Below are positions 47,385 to 57,297 of a stretch of DNA of 59,314 nt, one piece after another. Under the pieces are notes generated by a model. The model was not told the origin of the DNA, ran no database searches, and saw only the letters and a program-made list of their open reading frames with translations. Each line of letters starts with the position of its first letter. Positions within the stretch are counted from its first letter, which is position 1. Made by a program: the position numbers and the translations under genes. Origin of the DNA: Candidatus Bathyarchaeota archaeon (GTDB taxonomy: Archaea; Thermoproteota; Bathyarchaeia; TCS64); assembly GCA_016783485.1 (NCBI GenBank), contig JADHWM010000003.1, positions 1 to 59,314 on the forward strand, read 5' to 3'.

Positions 47385-48338
47385 TCAACCGAGCTTCAGG
47401 AGCCTCGCGGCGTTCCCGTAGAATATCTTCTCGATGCTCTCCTCGTCGAGGCCGATGGCGCGGCAGGCCTCGAGCTGCTTCACGAGGTAGATCTCGCTGA
47501 ATCCTCGGGGGAAGTAGCTGGAGTCGGTGGCGAAGATGAGCCTCTCGGGGCCCACTGTCTCGGTGGCCTTCTTGAAGAGCTTCTCGAGGTCGAGCTCGTA
47601 GGGTAGCCAGCGCATCCACTGGTTGGATCCCGAGGTGTCGATGAGGACGTTGGGGCAGCTCCAGCAGAGCTGGAGGAGCTCCCGGATGTATCCGGAGCCG
47701 AAGTGGGGGACCACGAAGTTCAGGCGGGGGAACATCTTGGCGGGCTCCCAGAGGCTGAGGGGGTTCATGTTCCTCAGGTCGTATGATGGGCCGCCCCCGC
47801 CCCCCAGGACCCCGAAGTGGATCACCACGGGGACGCCGAGCTTCTCGCAGGCCTCCCAGACGGGGTATCCGGCCTCGTCGTCGATGGGTCGGGTCTGGCT
47901 CGATGCGATGACCTTGTATCCTTTGAGGCCGAGCTCTTTGACCGCCCGCTCAACCTCCTCCCCGGCCCCCTCCTCGAAGAGGGCGTGGTGGGCGAACCCT
48001 GTGAACCTGTCGAGGTGCGTCTCGACGACCTTGGCGAGGTTGTCGTTTCCCCCTCCCGTGACGAAGTTGATCACATTGACGCCCTTGGAGTCGATGTCGG
48101 CGACCCACCGTTCGGCCTGCTCCTCGTCGGAGCGGTCCCGGGCCTCGGGGGGCTCGAACTCCCATCGTTTCCGCCACTCGTCCCTGTACTTCCTGGACTG
48201 CTCGATGAAGATTCCCATCCTCTCCTCGCCGTATTTGCCGACGAGCCTCTGCCTCCAGCCGCTTCTGCCGTACCAGTTGGCCGTGGGGAAGTGGGCGTGG
48301 AAATCGATGACCTTGATGCCGTGCTTCGTTTCGCTCAC
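47385..48338 (-). CDS. Amidohydrolase_2 family protein
   Basis: DFHAH, IHFG, VPHFG, DTSGS and FATDS motifs. Confidence 0.88.
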   Translation of the reverse strand: MSETKHGIKVIDFHAHFPTANWYGRSGWRQRLVGKYGEERMGIFIEQSRKYRDEWRKRWEFEPPEARDRSDEEQAERWVADIDSKGVNVINFVTGGGNDNLAKVVETHLDRFTGFAHHALFEEGAGEEVERAVKELGLKGYKVIASSQTRPIDDEAGYPVWEACEKLGVPVVIHFGVLGGGGGPSYDLRNMNPLSLWEPAKMFPRLNFVVPHFGSGYIRELLQLCWSCPNVLIDTSGSNQWMRWLPYELDLEKLFKKATETVGPERLIFATDSSYFPRGFSEIYLVKQLEACRAIGLDEESIEKIFYGNAARLLKLG

Positions 48339-48404
48339 CCGTAATGGAATACCTCACATTTAGCGAGGCCTTTAACCTTATCTCCCATGCACGGGATTTG
48401 TGGA

Positions 48405-49076
48405 TTATAACAGGGACCTGGTCGCCTTCTCCGGGAAGAAGGGGCTGTTCTTTGCGAGGGGCTCCACGAGGAACGCCTCGGCGTACCCGCAGCCCCCCTG
48501 GGTCCCCCTGAGCTCCGCCTTCTTCTCCATGAAATCCTGGTAGTACCCCCACTGGAACTTCGCGAGCTGTGACGCATACGCCCCGATGGCGGCCTCCTTC
48601 CTAGGCCAAACATCGGAGACGTCGACGAAGACGTGGGGGCTGGGGATGAGGGTGTTCACCTCCATGAGCAGGAGCCTCTCCACGACCCAGGCATCTTCGT
48701 AGATCGTCGCGTGGCCCGCCCACTCCACCGCCTCCTTGACGAGCTCGTGGGCGGCCCTGTGCTCCCGGTGGTAGTCGAAGGGGAGGTGGGTGATGACGAC
48801 GCTGGGCCGCCTGTCCACGATGACGTCCGAGACCCTCCGGATGAGCTCCGATGTGGGGTCGATGCTCCCCTCGGGGAAGATGATGGGCTCCTCGATCCCC
48901 AGGGCCTCAGCTGCCCGCCTCAGCTCGGGGCCCCGCTCCGCGTCCGAGCATGTGAGGCTCAGGGCTCCCACCCTGTGCCCCGCCTCCGCATGGAGGGCGA
49001 GGGTACCCCCGCACCCGAAGGTCTCGTCGTCGGGGTGAGCGAAGATCGCCAGGATTCCTCCGGACATCTCAGTCAA
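48405..49076 (-). CDS. PIG-L family deacetylase (BshB-like)
   Basis: AHPDDE, HREH, YASQ and YAEAF motifs; clustered with bshA and bshC. Confidence 0.85.
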   Translation of the reverse strand: MTEMSGGILAIFAHPDDETFGCGGTLALHAEAGHRVGALSLTCSDAERGPELRRAAEALGIEEPIIFPEGSIDPTSELIRRVSDVIVDRRPSVVITHLPFDYHREHRAAHELVKEAVEWAGHATIYEDAWVVERLLLMEVNTLIPSPHVFVDVSDVWPRKEAAIGAYASQLAKFQWGYYQDFMEKKAELRGTQGGCGYAEAFLVEPLAKNSPFFPEKATRSLL

Positions 49077-49130
49077 CGGTATTCCCGTCTGCCCGGAGCT
49101 TAAAAGGGGTTTCCGAGGGAGTGTAGGTGG

Positions 49131-49679
49131 CTACTCGAGGAACGTGGCGACCTCGTGGACTCCCTTCTTGGGGGGAACGCGGCCCTCGATGTCTGTGTAT
49201 CCAACAGCGACCGCCGCGACCATCTTCCAGGGAACCCCCGCGTACTTCGTGAGGGCTTCCGGGGCATAGAACACGTCCGCGATCCAGAGACTCCCAAGCC
49301 CCAGATCGAAGGCCCGAAGGAGCATGTTCTGGATCGCGGCGGCGACGCTGTGGACCTCGGAGTCCCAGCCCTCCTCCCCGGCGTTCCAGACCATGATCAC
49401 CACGGGGGCCTGCTCCATGACGCCGCAGGACCAGGTGGCGGAGCCCGACTCCTCGAACCCGTGCTTCTCGATGAACACGTCGAGGGCCCCACGGAAGGCG
49501 TCGGTGAGCCCCTTCTTAGCGGCCCCGGTGTAAACAGTGAACCTCCACTGCTGCCCGTTCTTCGCCGAAGGAGCCCAGGTACCGGCTTCGATGATCTCCT
49601 CGATGAGCTCCCGGGGAACGGGGGTATCTTTGTACTCCCGGATGCTCCGCCTCCCCTTGATGGCCTCGATCAACTCCAT
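49131..49679 (-). CDS. Nitroreductase family protein
   Basis: RRSIREY, APSAKNGQQW and QNMLL...GLGS motifs. Confidence 0.92.
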   Translation of the reverse strand: MELIEAIKGRRSIREYKDTPVPRELIEEIIEAGTWAPSAKNGQQWRFTVYTGAAKKGLTDAFRGALDVFIEKHGFEESGSATWSCGVMEQAPVVIMVWNAGEEGWDSEVHSVAAAIQNMLLRAFDLGLGSLWIADVFYAPEALTKYAGVPWKMVAAVAVGYTDIEGRVPPKKGVHEVATFLE

Positions 49680-49751
49680 TGCAGTCGCAACGGTAGGGGA
49701 ACGGTGGGTGTAAAAATATTATGGGAAACGGACGCCCACTGACCGCAGCAG

Positions 49752-50762
49752 CTAGACCCAGCCCGTCTCGTCGCCGATCTTCAGGAGCGTGTAGAGTCTG
49801 TCCCCCGGGTAGACCACTCTCCTCGGGAACATCGAGTGGACCACACCTGTGACGGGGGCGGTTATCTCGGCCAGGACTGATCCGTCGAGGTCCGTGATCC
49901 TGCCGATAACCTCTCCCACCTCGGGGATGTCTCCCTGGTCGGCTACGGCGGTGAAGACCCCGGCGACTGGCGCAGTGACCCCCCGCCACTCCATGTCCAG
50001 GAACCTCTGCCACTCGGGCTTCTTGAGCTCGCCTTCGAGCATTCCGAAGTGCTTGAGGAGGTTCACGGTCCCGTCGACGTGGGCCATCACGAACTCTTCT
50101 AGAGGCTGGGTGCGGTATCCGAGGCCCGCCTCGCTGATGATAGAGGCTGTCCCCGCGGCCACCGCCTCGTAGATGAGTGTGCCGGGGCTGGTGTGGCCGA
50201 TCTCCGGGGTGCCCGGGAGGACATACCTTAGCCCGAAGGCCTCCGCCATGGCCTCGCTGGTCTCGTCGATGGGCTTCCCTATTTTGAGGTAGATGGTGTG
50301 GTCGAGGTGGCTCTCGGGGAGGTCGCCTCCCCGGAAGTCGACGTGGTAGTCCGCCTCTTTGACGAGCTGGAATAGGGTGTGGGCGACAGCGCGTGTAGGA
50401 GTACCGTTCGGGTCCCCGGGGAATACTGCGTTTATGTTGAGGCCATCGAAGGGTGTGACGCTGCTCCGGAGGTTGAGCCAGCGGGTTCGGAACCTGAAGA
50501 CGGGCATGTTCACCACGGGGACCGTGATGAATCGGCCCTTGAGCCCCTCCGGCTCGATGAGCCGGTAGAGCCTGGACGCCGCCTCGACTCCGCAGTATTC
50601 GGTCGGGTAGAGGCCCCCTGTCACGATAAGGGTGGGCCCGGGCTCTCCGCCGTTTACGACGCCGACGGGCATCTCAACCTTCGCTGCTAGGTTGTCCAGC
50701 ACATTGACGTATCCGAAGTCCTTACTCCCGGGTTCCACTTCGAGGGGCTTGAAGTCTCCCAT
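49752..50762 (-). CDS. Succinylglutamate desuccinylase/aspartoacylase (M14) homolog with substituted Zn ligands
   Basis: GGLYPTEYCG, N.VFPG and DFRGGD motifs; C-terminal AP..G barrel. Confidence 0.8.
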   Translation of the reverse strand: MGDFKPLEVEPGSKDFGYVNVLDNLAAKVEMPVGVVNGGEPGPTLIVTGGLYPTEYCGVEAASRLYRLIEPEGLKGRFITVPVVNMPVFRFRTRWLNLRSSVTPFDGLNINAVFPGDPNGTPTRAVAHTLFQLVKEADYHVDFRGGDLPESHLDHTIYLKIGKPIDETSEAMAEAFGLRYVLPGTPEIGHTSPGTLIYEAVAAGTASIISEAGLGYRTQPLEEFVMAHVDGTVNLLKHFGMLEGELKKPEWQRFLDMEWRGVTAPVAGVFTAVADQGDIPEVGEVIGRITDLDGSVLAEITAPVTGVVHSMFPRRVVYPGDRLYTLLKIGDETGWV

Positions 50763-50763
50763 C

Positions 50764-51762
50764 CTAGCTGATCTCCCGGATGTCCTTCCCTATCTCATAG
50801 GTGACATCCCCCTCCCAGATAGCGGGGCTCGTCACCATGTGGATGACCCCGTCGGTGGGGACCGCGATCTCCTCCAGGGTCTCCCCCCAGAGGTCCTTGA
50901 TGACCCCGAGCACGTCGCCCTCCTCCACCATGTCCCCGGCCCGCACGTTGCTGATGAAGAATCCCCCGCGCTCGGCGTATAGGTGGTAGGGGCTGTAGAG
51001 CTTGGCCCTCGGCGGGACCTCGGGCTCCCCGGGGAGCATCTCCAGCTTCTTCATCACGTTGTAGATGCCCTTGATGACCCCCTCGACGATGTCGCTCTGG
51101 CAACGCCCCATCCCCCCGGCCTCGGTGCCCACCGTCATGGGGAACTCGAGGCTGGTGCCGCTCTTCCTGGGGGGGCTCTCCCTGATCCACTCGTAACCGA
51201 AGGCCCTGCAGAGGGCGAGGTTCTCGGCGTCGTATGCTGCGTCGCCTTTCTGGCGGTACATGGTGCCTGTGAGGAGGTCTTCCTCGAGGTCTCCTCCGTG
51301 GAGATTGAGCCTGTAGTCTCCCTGGCTGAGGACCTCGCGGTGGAATGTGGTGGCGACCTGGTAGGTGATCTTGGGAACGCCGCTGCCTCCCCGGGGTATC
51401 TCCTCGACGTAGTGGCCTGTGAGGTCCCTGTAGTCGACGGGGTTGCCGTGCATCCAGCGGGCCTCGAAGGCGAGGGTGTTCACCATGGGGACGATGATGA
51501 CCTTACCGTTCACATCTGCTGGGTCGAGATCTCTCATCACCGTGAGTGTGGCCGCGGGGCCGTTGTACTCGGAGCCATGCTCCCCTCCGTTGATGACGAG
51601 GGTGGGGCCGTCCCCGGATCCGTTCACCAGGGTCAGCGGGATCCTGTGGGGGCCTGCGGGTTTCTCCGAGATATTCAGGTATCCCTGCTTCTTGGTGCCC
51701 TTCGGGGCTACAAGGTCTTGGACTTTTAGAATGTCGGACAAAGTTATCGAACCTGATATCAT
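50764..51762 (-). CDS. Succinylglutamate desuccinylase/aspartoacylase (M14) family protein
   Basis: GGEHGSEYNG, NLHGGD and EAGG motifs. Confidence 0.85.
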   Translation of the reverse strand: MISGSITLSDILKVQDLVAPKGTKKQGYLNISEKPAGPHRIPLTLVNGSGDGPTLVINGGEHGSEYNGPAATLTVMRDLDPADVNGKVIIVPMVNTLAFEARWMHGNPVDYRDLTGHYVEEIPRGGSGVPKITYQVATTFHREVLSQGDYRLNLHGGDLEEDLLTGTMYRQKGDAAYDAENLALCRAFGYEWIRESPPRKSGTSLEFPMTVGTEAGGMGRCQSDIVEGVIKGIYNVMKKLEMLPGEPEVPPRAKLYSPYHLYAERGGFFISNVRAGDMVEEGDVLGVIKDLWGETLEEIAVPTDGVIHMVTSPAIWEGDVTYEIGKDIREIS

Positions 51763-51850
51763 TGCCCCGTTTGCTGCATAAGTCTTTCATCCTGCCCCGG
51801 GAAGCAACGGTTATTACCCTTGTGGGATGTCAGCCCTCTGTGGGACCTGC

Positions 51851-52750
51851 ATGAGGAGGCTCGAGGGAAAGGTTGTACTGGTCACCGGCTCCGGGAGGGG
51901 TTTCGGTCGCTCCATGGCCCTGGCATTTGGCCTAGAGGGGGCGAAGGTCGTCTGCGTGGCGAGGACCGTCTCAGATCTAGAAGGGACCCGGGACCTGCTG
52001 CTTTCATCCGGGGGCGATGCGGAGGTCTTGCGGGTGGACCTCGTCGTCCCGGAGGAGATCGATTCCCTGAGAGAGGCGGTGGAGGAGGGCTTCGGGGGCC
52101 TCGACGTCCTCGTGAACAACGCCGCTACGAGCCCCTGGAAGACCCTGGACGAGACGACCGTGGAGGACTGGGACAGGACCCTCGGGGTGAACCTCCGGGC
52201 GCCCTTCCTCCTCGCGAAGGCGTTCAAGGGCTCCATGGCGGCCCGGGGCGGGGGAAGCATCATCAACGTCACCTCCCGGTCGGCGGAGATGGGCTTCGTC
52301 GCCGAGGTCGGCTACTGTCCCTCCAAGTACGGGCTGGAGGGGCTCACCCAGTGCCTCGCGCTGGAGCTGAGGCCCCTCGACATCGCCGTGAACAGCCTCA
52401 ACGTCTCGACACCCGAGGGTAGGAGGCTCAAGCCGACGGAGCTTACCCTCCGTGAGGCCGCTGAGATCCCCGAGGCGGAGAGGTCCGGGTTCGCCAGCGA
52501 GGCGGAGATGGTTGAGGCTTTCACGGATGCCTGGACCTTCCTAGCATTGCAGAGGGGGAGCGGTGTCACAGGGCAGAGGCTCAGCACGAAGGGCCTAGCG
52601 GAGGAGTTGGATAGGGATGGGTGGGATGGCGTCGAGGAGAGGCTGAGGGGCAGGCTGACCAAGGCCGTCTATCAGCCCTACGGTTTCCCCCGGAAGGTCC
52701 GCTATCAGACCCCCGGCGGGGGCTGGGACGAGCTGGTTTTTGAGCCCTAG
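51851..52750 (+). CDS. SDR family oxidoreductase
   Basis: TGSGRGFG, NNAA and YCPSK motifs; start taken at ATG 51851. Confidence 0.92.
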   Translation: MRRLEGKVVLVTGSGRGFGRSMALAFGLEGAKVVCVARTVSDLEGTRDLLLSSGGDAEVLRVDLVVPEEIDSLREAVEEGFGGLDVLVNNAATSPWKTLDETTVEDWDRTLGVNLRAPFLLAKAFKGSMAARGGGSIINVTSRSAEMGFVAEVGYCPSKYGLEGLTQCLALELRPLDIAVNSLNVSTPEGRRLKPTELTLREAAEIPEAERSGFASEAEMVEAFTDAWTFLALQRGSGVTGQRLSTKGLAEELDRDGWDGVEERLRGRLTKAVYQPYGFPRKVRYQTPGGGWDELVFEP

Positions 52751-53778
52751 CCCTCGAGCTCGCTCTCAATCCCCGAGACGGTATCCTCGAAACCGGGGTC
52801 GTCCGCGAGGTTCGATGTCCTGAGGGCGATCCCTTCGAGCCCCGAGGGACTCAAATCCCGGCTTTTCGCGACTTTAAACTGCTCATGCTCCCAGACGGTT
52901 CTCTCCATGATCCTTTCCACTCCATGGAGGCGCATGAGGGCGACTGAGACGGCGTCGGAGGCGACCCTGCTCCCGCTCGCGATGATGATCCCGGGCGCCG
53001 CGGCCTTCCTAGGTGTGAGTTTCTTGTCGACGAGGATCTTGGTGGCGTCTGCGACTACGAGATCGGCGGAGTAGGCGAGATTGAGGTCCACCATCTTCTC
53101 ATGGAAGGCGTGCCCATTGTGGAGCCACTCCCGACCCATCGAGTCGAGCATTCCCACGGCGAGCTTGAGGCTGATGGTGAAGGTGGCGTTGCTATGAGGC
53201 CTCATTATAGGGGTGAGGATCACCCTCTCGGCATCGTAGACCCGTCGGGGAATCTTGATGCCCTCGGGCCACGATGCTGCCTCGGGGGGCTTCACGGTGA
53301 CCCACTCGTCCTCCTCGAAGAAGCAGACCCCTAAGCCCAAATCCTCGACGACCTCCAGCATCCCCAGGTTCTCCAAGGTGTGGCGGGTGGGGAGTCCTCT
53401 CGCCCTCCCGGAGGTCTCCCCGAGGACGATCTTTCCTGCCGGCACTCCCGCCCCTAGGAGGCCGTTGGCGATGGCTCTGAATGTTTCCGGGTGGGTGTCC
53501 CGGGGATAGGGGTCGTCGGTGTTGCAGTTGGGCTTGATGAGGAACTTCCCTCGGGCGCCCTCGACGATGGGCCCCAGCCCCCCGAGTAGGGAGGTCGCCT
53601 CGCTTATCCCGCAGGACCTGTCGTCCGACCTGACGATCGCCACTAAGGCCTTCCCATTCTCGGTGTACGCGTTGGCTCTCAAAGGCTTGTAAGGCATAGT
53701 TGGGCCCCATGGCGGGTCTTTGAGGAGCCGGTTGTAGAGGGCCATCGAGCCCTCGTTGTTAACCTCCATATTGGACAA
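52747..53778 (-). CDS. DUF362 domain protein
   Basis: LIKPN, THP, H...FTISLK..G and VASD motifs. Confidence 0.8.
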   Translation of the reverse strand: MSNMEVNNEGSMALYNRLLKDPPWGPTMPYKPLRANAYTENGKALVAIVRSDDRSCGISEATSLLGGLGPIVEGARGKFLIKPNCNTDDPYPRDTHPETFRAIANGLLGAGVPAGKIVLGETSGRARGLPTRHTLENLGMLEVVEDLGLGVCFFEEDEWVTVKPPEAASWPEGIKIPRRVYDAERVILTPIMRPHSNATFTISLKLAVGMLDSMGREWLHNGHAFHEKMVDLNLAYSADLVVADATKILVDKKLTPRKAAAPGIIIASGSRVASDAVSVALMRLHGVERIMERTVWEHEQFKVAKSRDLSPSGLEGIALRTSNLADDPGFEDTVSGIESELEG

Positions 53779-53865
53779 TTCTTCGGGTTGAGCCCGGATA
53801 TAGTTTTCTGGTTAGTGTATTTGGAGTGTAGAAAAAATCCGAGGATGAAATAGGAGGAAATAGTG

Positions 53866-55836
53866 CTATTTCAGGTATCTGTCGAACCATCGGACGATGT
53901 GCTGCAGCCGCTCCCTCCTGTGCTTGGGCTTCCCGTCCCTGGAGAGGCCGTGGGGCTCGTCGGGGAACCTGACGAACTCGGTGGTTCTCCCCAGCTTCTT
54001 GAGGGCGATATAGAGCTGCTCCCCCTGCTCCATGGGGCAGCGGTGGTCCTCCTCGCTGTGGATGATGAGCATCGGCGTCACCATGTTCTTGACATAGGTT
54101 ATCGGCGACTTTTCCATGCAGAGCTTCGGGTCGTCCCAGGGATCCTTCCCGTTCACCAGCTCGTGGGTGGGCAGGGTCATCCATCCGATGTCGCTGGTCC
54201 CGTGGAAGCTGTACCAGTTGCTGATGCTCCTCATGGTGATCGCCGCCTTGTACCTGTCGGTGTGGCCCACGATCCAGTTGGTCATGAAGCCCCCGTAGCT
54301 GCCCCCGAGGACCCCGAACCTCTCCGGGTCGACGAAGCCGTAGTTCTCGATGACGTGGTCCGTGGCTTCCATGATATCCATGTAGTCCCTCTCCCCCCAG
54401 GCCCCAGAGATGAGCCCGGCGAACTGCTCACCGTAGCCGATGCTGGCCCGGGGATTGGTGTAGACGACGACGTACCCGTGGTCGGCGAGGACCTGGAACT
54501 CGTGACAAGCGGAGTCCAGTTTGAAGCCGTAGGCCCCCCGGGGGCCCCCGTGGATCTGGATGCACGCAGGGTACTTCTCCCCCTCGCGGAATCCCCGGGG
54601 CTTCACGATCCAGCCCTGGACCTCGACGCCATCGCTCGCGATGAACCAGAACTCCTCTGGGGGGCTGATCCTGAGCTTCCTCAGGAGGCCCTTGTTCATC
54701 TCGGTGAGTTTCCTCTGCTCCGCGTCCAGGATGAAGAGCTCGGCGGGGGTCACCGCGTCCGACGCGTTGAAGGCGATCTTCGTTCCCGAATCGTCCAGGC
54801 TGAAGGAACCGATATCGATCTCCCCCTCCGTGACCGGAGCCACTCCTCCGTCCAGGCCGATCCTGTGAAGGTGGGTGGTCCCGTGGTGGGGGAACAGGGC
54901 GTAGATATGACCAGAGTCCGGGGACCACTTCAGGTTTGGTGACCCGCCCGCGGTCCTGTCGAAGTCGCCGGTGAGGCATCTCGCGCCCCCCTCCTTCAGG
55001 TCGAGGACGTAGACCTCTATGTTCTTGTGCCAGACGAGGCCCGGGTCCTTGAGCTCTCTCCCCGAGAAGGCGATGTACCGCCCGTCGGGGGACCACTCCA
55101 GGGTTCCGATTGGCCCCTTCCCCTCCAAGAGGAGCTCCGGCTCCCCGCCCTTCGCGGGAACCGCATAGATGTTCCTGTGGAACGATTTGTCCGCGTCCTC
55201 CCCCATGATGGCGACGAAGGCGATCCTCTCAGAGTCGGGGGACCAGACAGCCGCTTCGACGTCGAAGAGGCCGTCTGTGACTTGCTTGGCCTTCCCTCCC
55301 TTGGCTGGGGCCACGAAGAGGTGGGGATACCTCCCGACGCTGAAACCCTTCCCGTCGTGCTTGTACTTCATCCTGCGGATGATCTTGACATCGCTGCCCT
55401 CGGCCTTCTCCCCCTTGAAGACGTTGGCGAGGAAGAGGATGCTCCTGCCGTCGGGGGACCAAGCGGGGTTCCGAACCGCCTCATCAACCCGGGTAACCTG
55501 CCGAGCCTCGCCACCGTCAGCGGGGATGACGAAGAGCTGGGCCTTCTTTTTCTCGTCCTCGGGGTCGCCCGGGCTGGGGCGGCTCGACGTGAAAAGGACC
55601 CTGTCCTCCTTCGGAGACCATCGGGGATTGGACGAACTCTTCTCGCCGGAGGTGAACTGAACGGGCTTCTTCGCCTCGAGGTCGAGGAGCCAGATCTGGG
55701 TGTCGTACCTGTCTTCCTCCATGTTGACTTCGGAGTATGTGAACAGGACCCTTGAGCCGTCGGGGCTGATCTGGGGGTCCCCCACAGGGGCCATGGGGAA
55801 CAGGGGCATGACTTCGATCTCTTCGAGTTTCTGCAT
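53866..55836 (-). CDS. S9 family peptidase (acylaminoacyl/dipeptidyl peptidase)
   Basis: WSPDG propeller repeats plus HGGP, GGSYGG, D.RCP and EPH motifs. Confidence 0.95.
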   Translation of the reverse strand: MQKLEEIEVMPLFPMAPVGDPQISPDGSRVLFTYSEVNMEEDRYDTQIWLLDLEAKKPVQFTSGEKSSSNPRWSPKEDRVLFTSSRPSPGDPEDEKKKAQLFVIPADGGEARQVTRVDEAVRNPAWSPDGRSILFLANVFKGEKAEGSDVKIIRRMKYKHDGKGFSVGRYPHLFVAPAKGGKAKQVTDGLFDVEAAVWSPDSERIAFVAIMGEDADKSFHRNIYAVPAKGGEPELLLEGKGPIGTLEWSPDGRYIAFSGRELKDPGLVWHKNIEVYVLDLKEGGARCLTGDFDRTAGGSPNLKWSPDSGHIYALFPHHGTTHLHRIGLDGGVAPVTEGEIDIGSFSLDDSGTKIAFNASDAVTPAELFILDAEQRKLTEMNKGLLRKLRISPPEEFWFIASDGVEVQGWIVKPRGFREGEKYPACIQIHGGPRGAYGFKLDSACHEFQVLADHGYVVVYTNPRASIGYGEQFAGLISGAWGERDYMDIMEATDHVIENYGFVDPERFGVLGGSYGGFMTNWIVGHTDRYKAAITMRSISNWYSFHGTSDIGWMTLPTHELVNGKDPWDDPKLCMEKSPITYVKNMVTPMLIIHSEEDHRCPMEQGEQLYIALKKLGRTTEFVRFPDEPHGLSRDGKPKHRRERLQHIVRWFDRYLK

Positions 55837-56166
55837 CTCAATCGTTTGGTTGTTCGGTGTGATGGACTTAAAATCTTAGCCCCTGAAACTGGAGACATCG
55901 GGGGGTTCTTCGTGATACTCGCGCGTGCTGGACTCAGGTAGGGATAGAGAGGCTGTGTGGAAAGAAGGCTTCACCCCTGACTCAAGGTCATCCCTGTCTT
56001 GTCTTCGGAGTGGCCCCTTTCACACACAAATGCGCAGAGATCGCTTTCCCCACGGTATATGAATAGTTTATTACGGAATCCGATATAGTGCGGATCTTTA
56101 TTCATCCACCATGATGAAAACTGCAATTTTTTTGCATGAAAAAAAGGGGTGAGAGGGCTATTCAGA

Positions 56167-56436
56167 TCAGAGCATGGAGAACAGGCTGACTGTCCTCGTC
56201 TTCTCGATGGGGCACTTCTGCCAGGCATCGGAGCCGATGTAGTTCTCGAAGTCGCGGTAGGATCCCTTCAGCATGAAGCAGTTTCCCTCTGGGGTTCCGA
56301 AGGGTCCCCAGGGCCCCTTCATCTTCAAGTTGTGTGCCTTGAGTGCTTCCACGAACTCGTCCCACGCCTTCTTTGCATCCTTCAGGCTCATGGTCTGTTT
56401 AGATTCTCCGTAGATCATGTAGTGCGTGAATGGCGT
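56167..56436 (-). CDS. Small hypothetical protein, paralog of 6610-6870 (apparent ACG start; first ATG at 56418)
   Basis: G.PE...KGS...P..TRT pattern; sits in an AT-rich context followed by a T-tract. Confidence 0.7.
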   Translation of the reverse strand, partial: TPFTHYMIYGESKQTMSLKDAKKAWDEFVEALKAHNLKMKGPWGPFGTPEGNCFMLKGSYRDFENYIGSDAWQKCPIEKTRTVSLFSML

Positions 56437-56602
56437 TTTTCTCTCTCCTCTGGCGTTTAACCGCCATTATATGATCCTTTTCTATACAAATTGACTTTAA
56501 ATGAAAGTTGACTCTCCCCTGCTAACATTATAGGGTAGATGTTTTTCACATGTTATAGCATCGTCTTAGCCTATCCGTGCGCGTTGAGTAACGAGCATGT
56601 GG

Positions 56603-57199
56603 TCACTCGATTGTGCTGTGTTTTTTCCTCATCGAGGCCTCGGAGACCTCGAGGCGGGCCATGAGCTCGGCGATGAGGCCGTCGAGGAAGACGGCGCAGG
56701 TGTCCTCGAAGAGGGTCCCCATGGGGGCGAGGGACTCGTGCTCCCCCAGGAGCTGGCGGCTCTGGTAGTCGCTCTCCTCCGCCACGGCCTCCCTCCCGGG
56801 CACCACCACCAAGTGGTCGGAGGTCTGGGCCAGCTCGGAGTCAGGGTAGCTGGTCACCGCGAAGATCAGGGATCCCAGCCGCTTCGCCATATTGGCGGCC
56901 GTCGTGGACATGGCGCCGCTCCCTGAGCCCGAGATGATGATGACTATGTCCCCCTCCCCGATGGCGGGGGTGATGGTCTCCCCCATGACGTAGACGTCGA
57001 TGCCCACGTGCATGAGGCGCATCGCGAAGGCCTTCCCGACGAGGCCGCTCCTCCCCGCACCCAGGACGAGGGCCTTCCTCCCATCCCTCTTAACATGCAT
57101 TAGGGTGTCCAACAATGTCTCCACTTGGCCCGGATCGATGGCGTTGATCGCCCGGTTTATCCCCCGTAGGATCTCCTCGGATGCCTCCCACCAGCTCAA
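56603..57199 (-). CDS. hxlB: 6-phospho-3-hexuloisomerase (SIS domain)
   Basis: GAGRSG..FAMRLMH, GETITP, SGSG and PMGTLFE motifs. Confidence 0.92.
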   Translation of the reverse strand: MSWWEASEEILRGINRAINAIDPGQVETLLDTLMHVKRDGRKALVLGAGRSGLVGKAFAMRLMHVGIDVYVMGETITPAIGEGDIVIIISGSGSGAMSTTAANMAKRLGSLIFAVTSYPDSELAQTSDHLVVVPGREAVAEESDYQSRQLLGEHESLAPMGTLFEDTCAVFLDGLIAELMARLEVSEASMRKKHSTIE

Positions 57200-57297
57200 A
57201 AAGCTCTCCGGAACAGGATCGGCGGACCAATTAAAAAGATGAACGACTCGCCCCCGGTTTTAAATTCAGTTGCGAGGCAGTCATCTGTGGTGATCTA

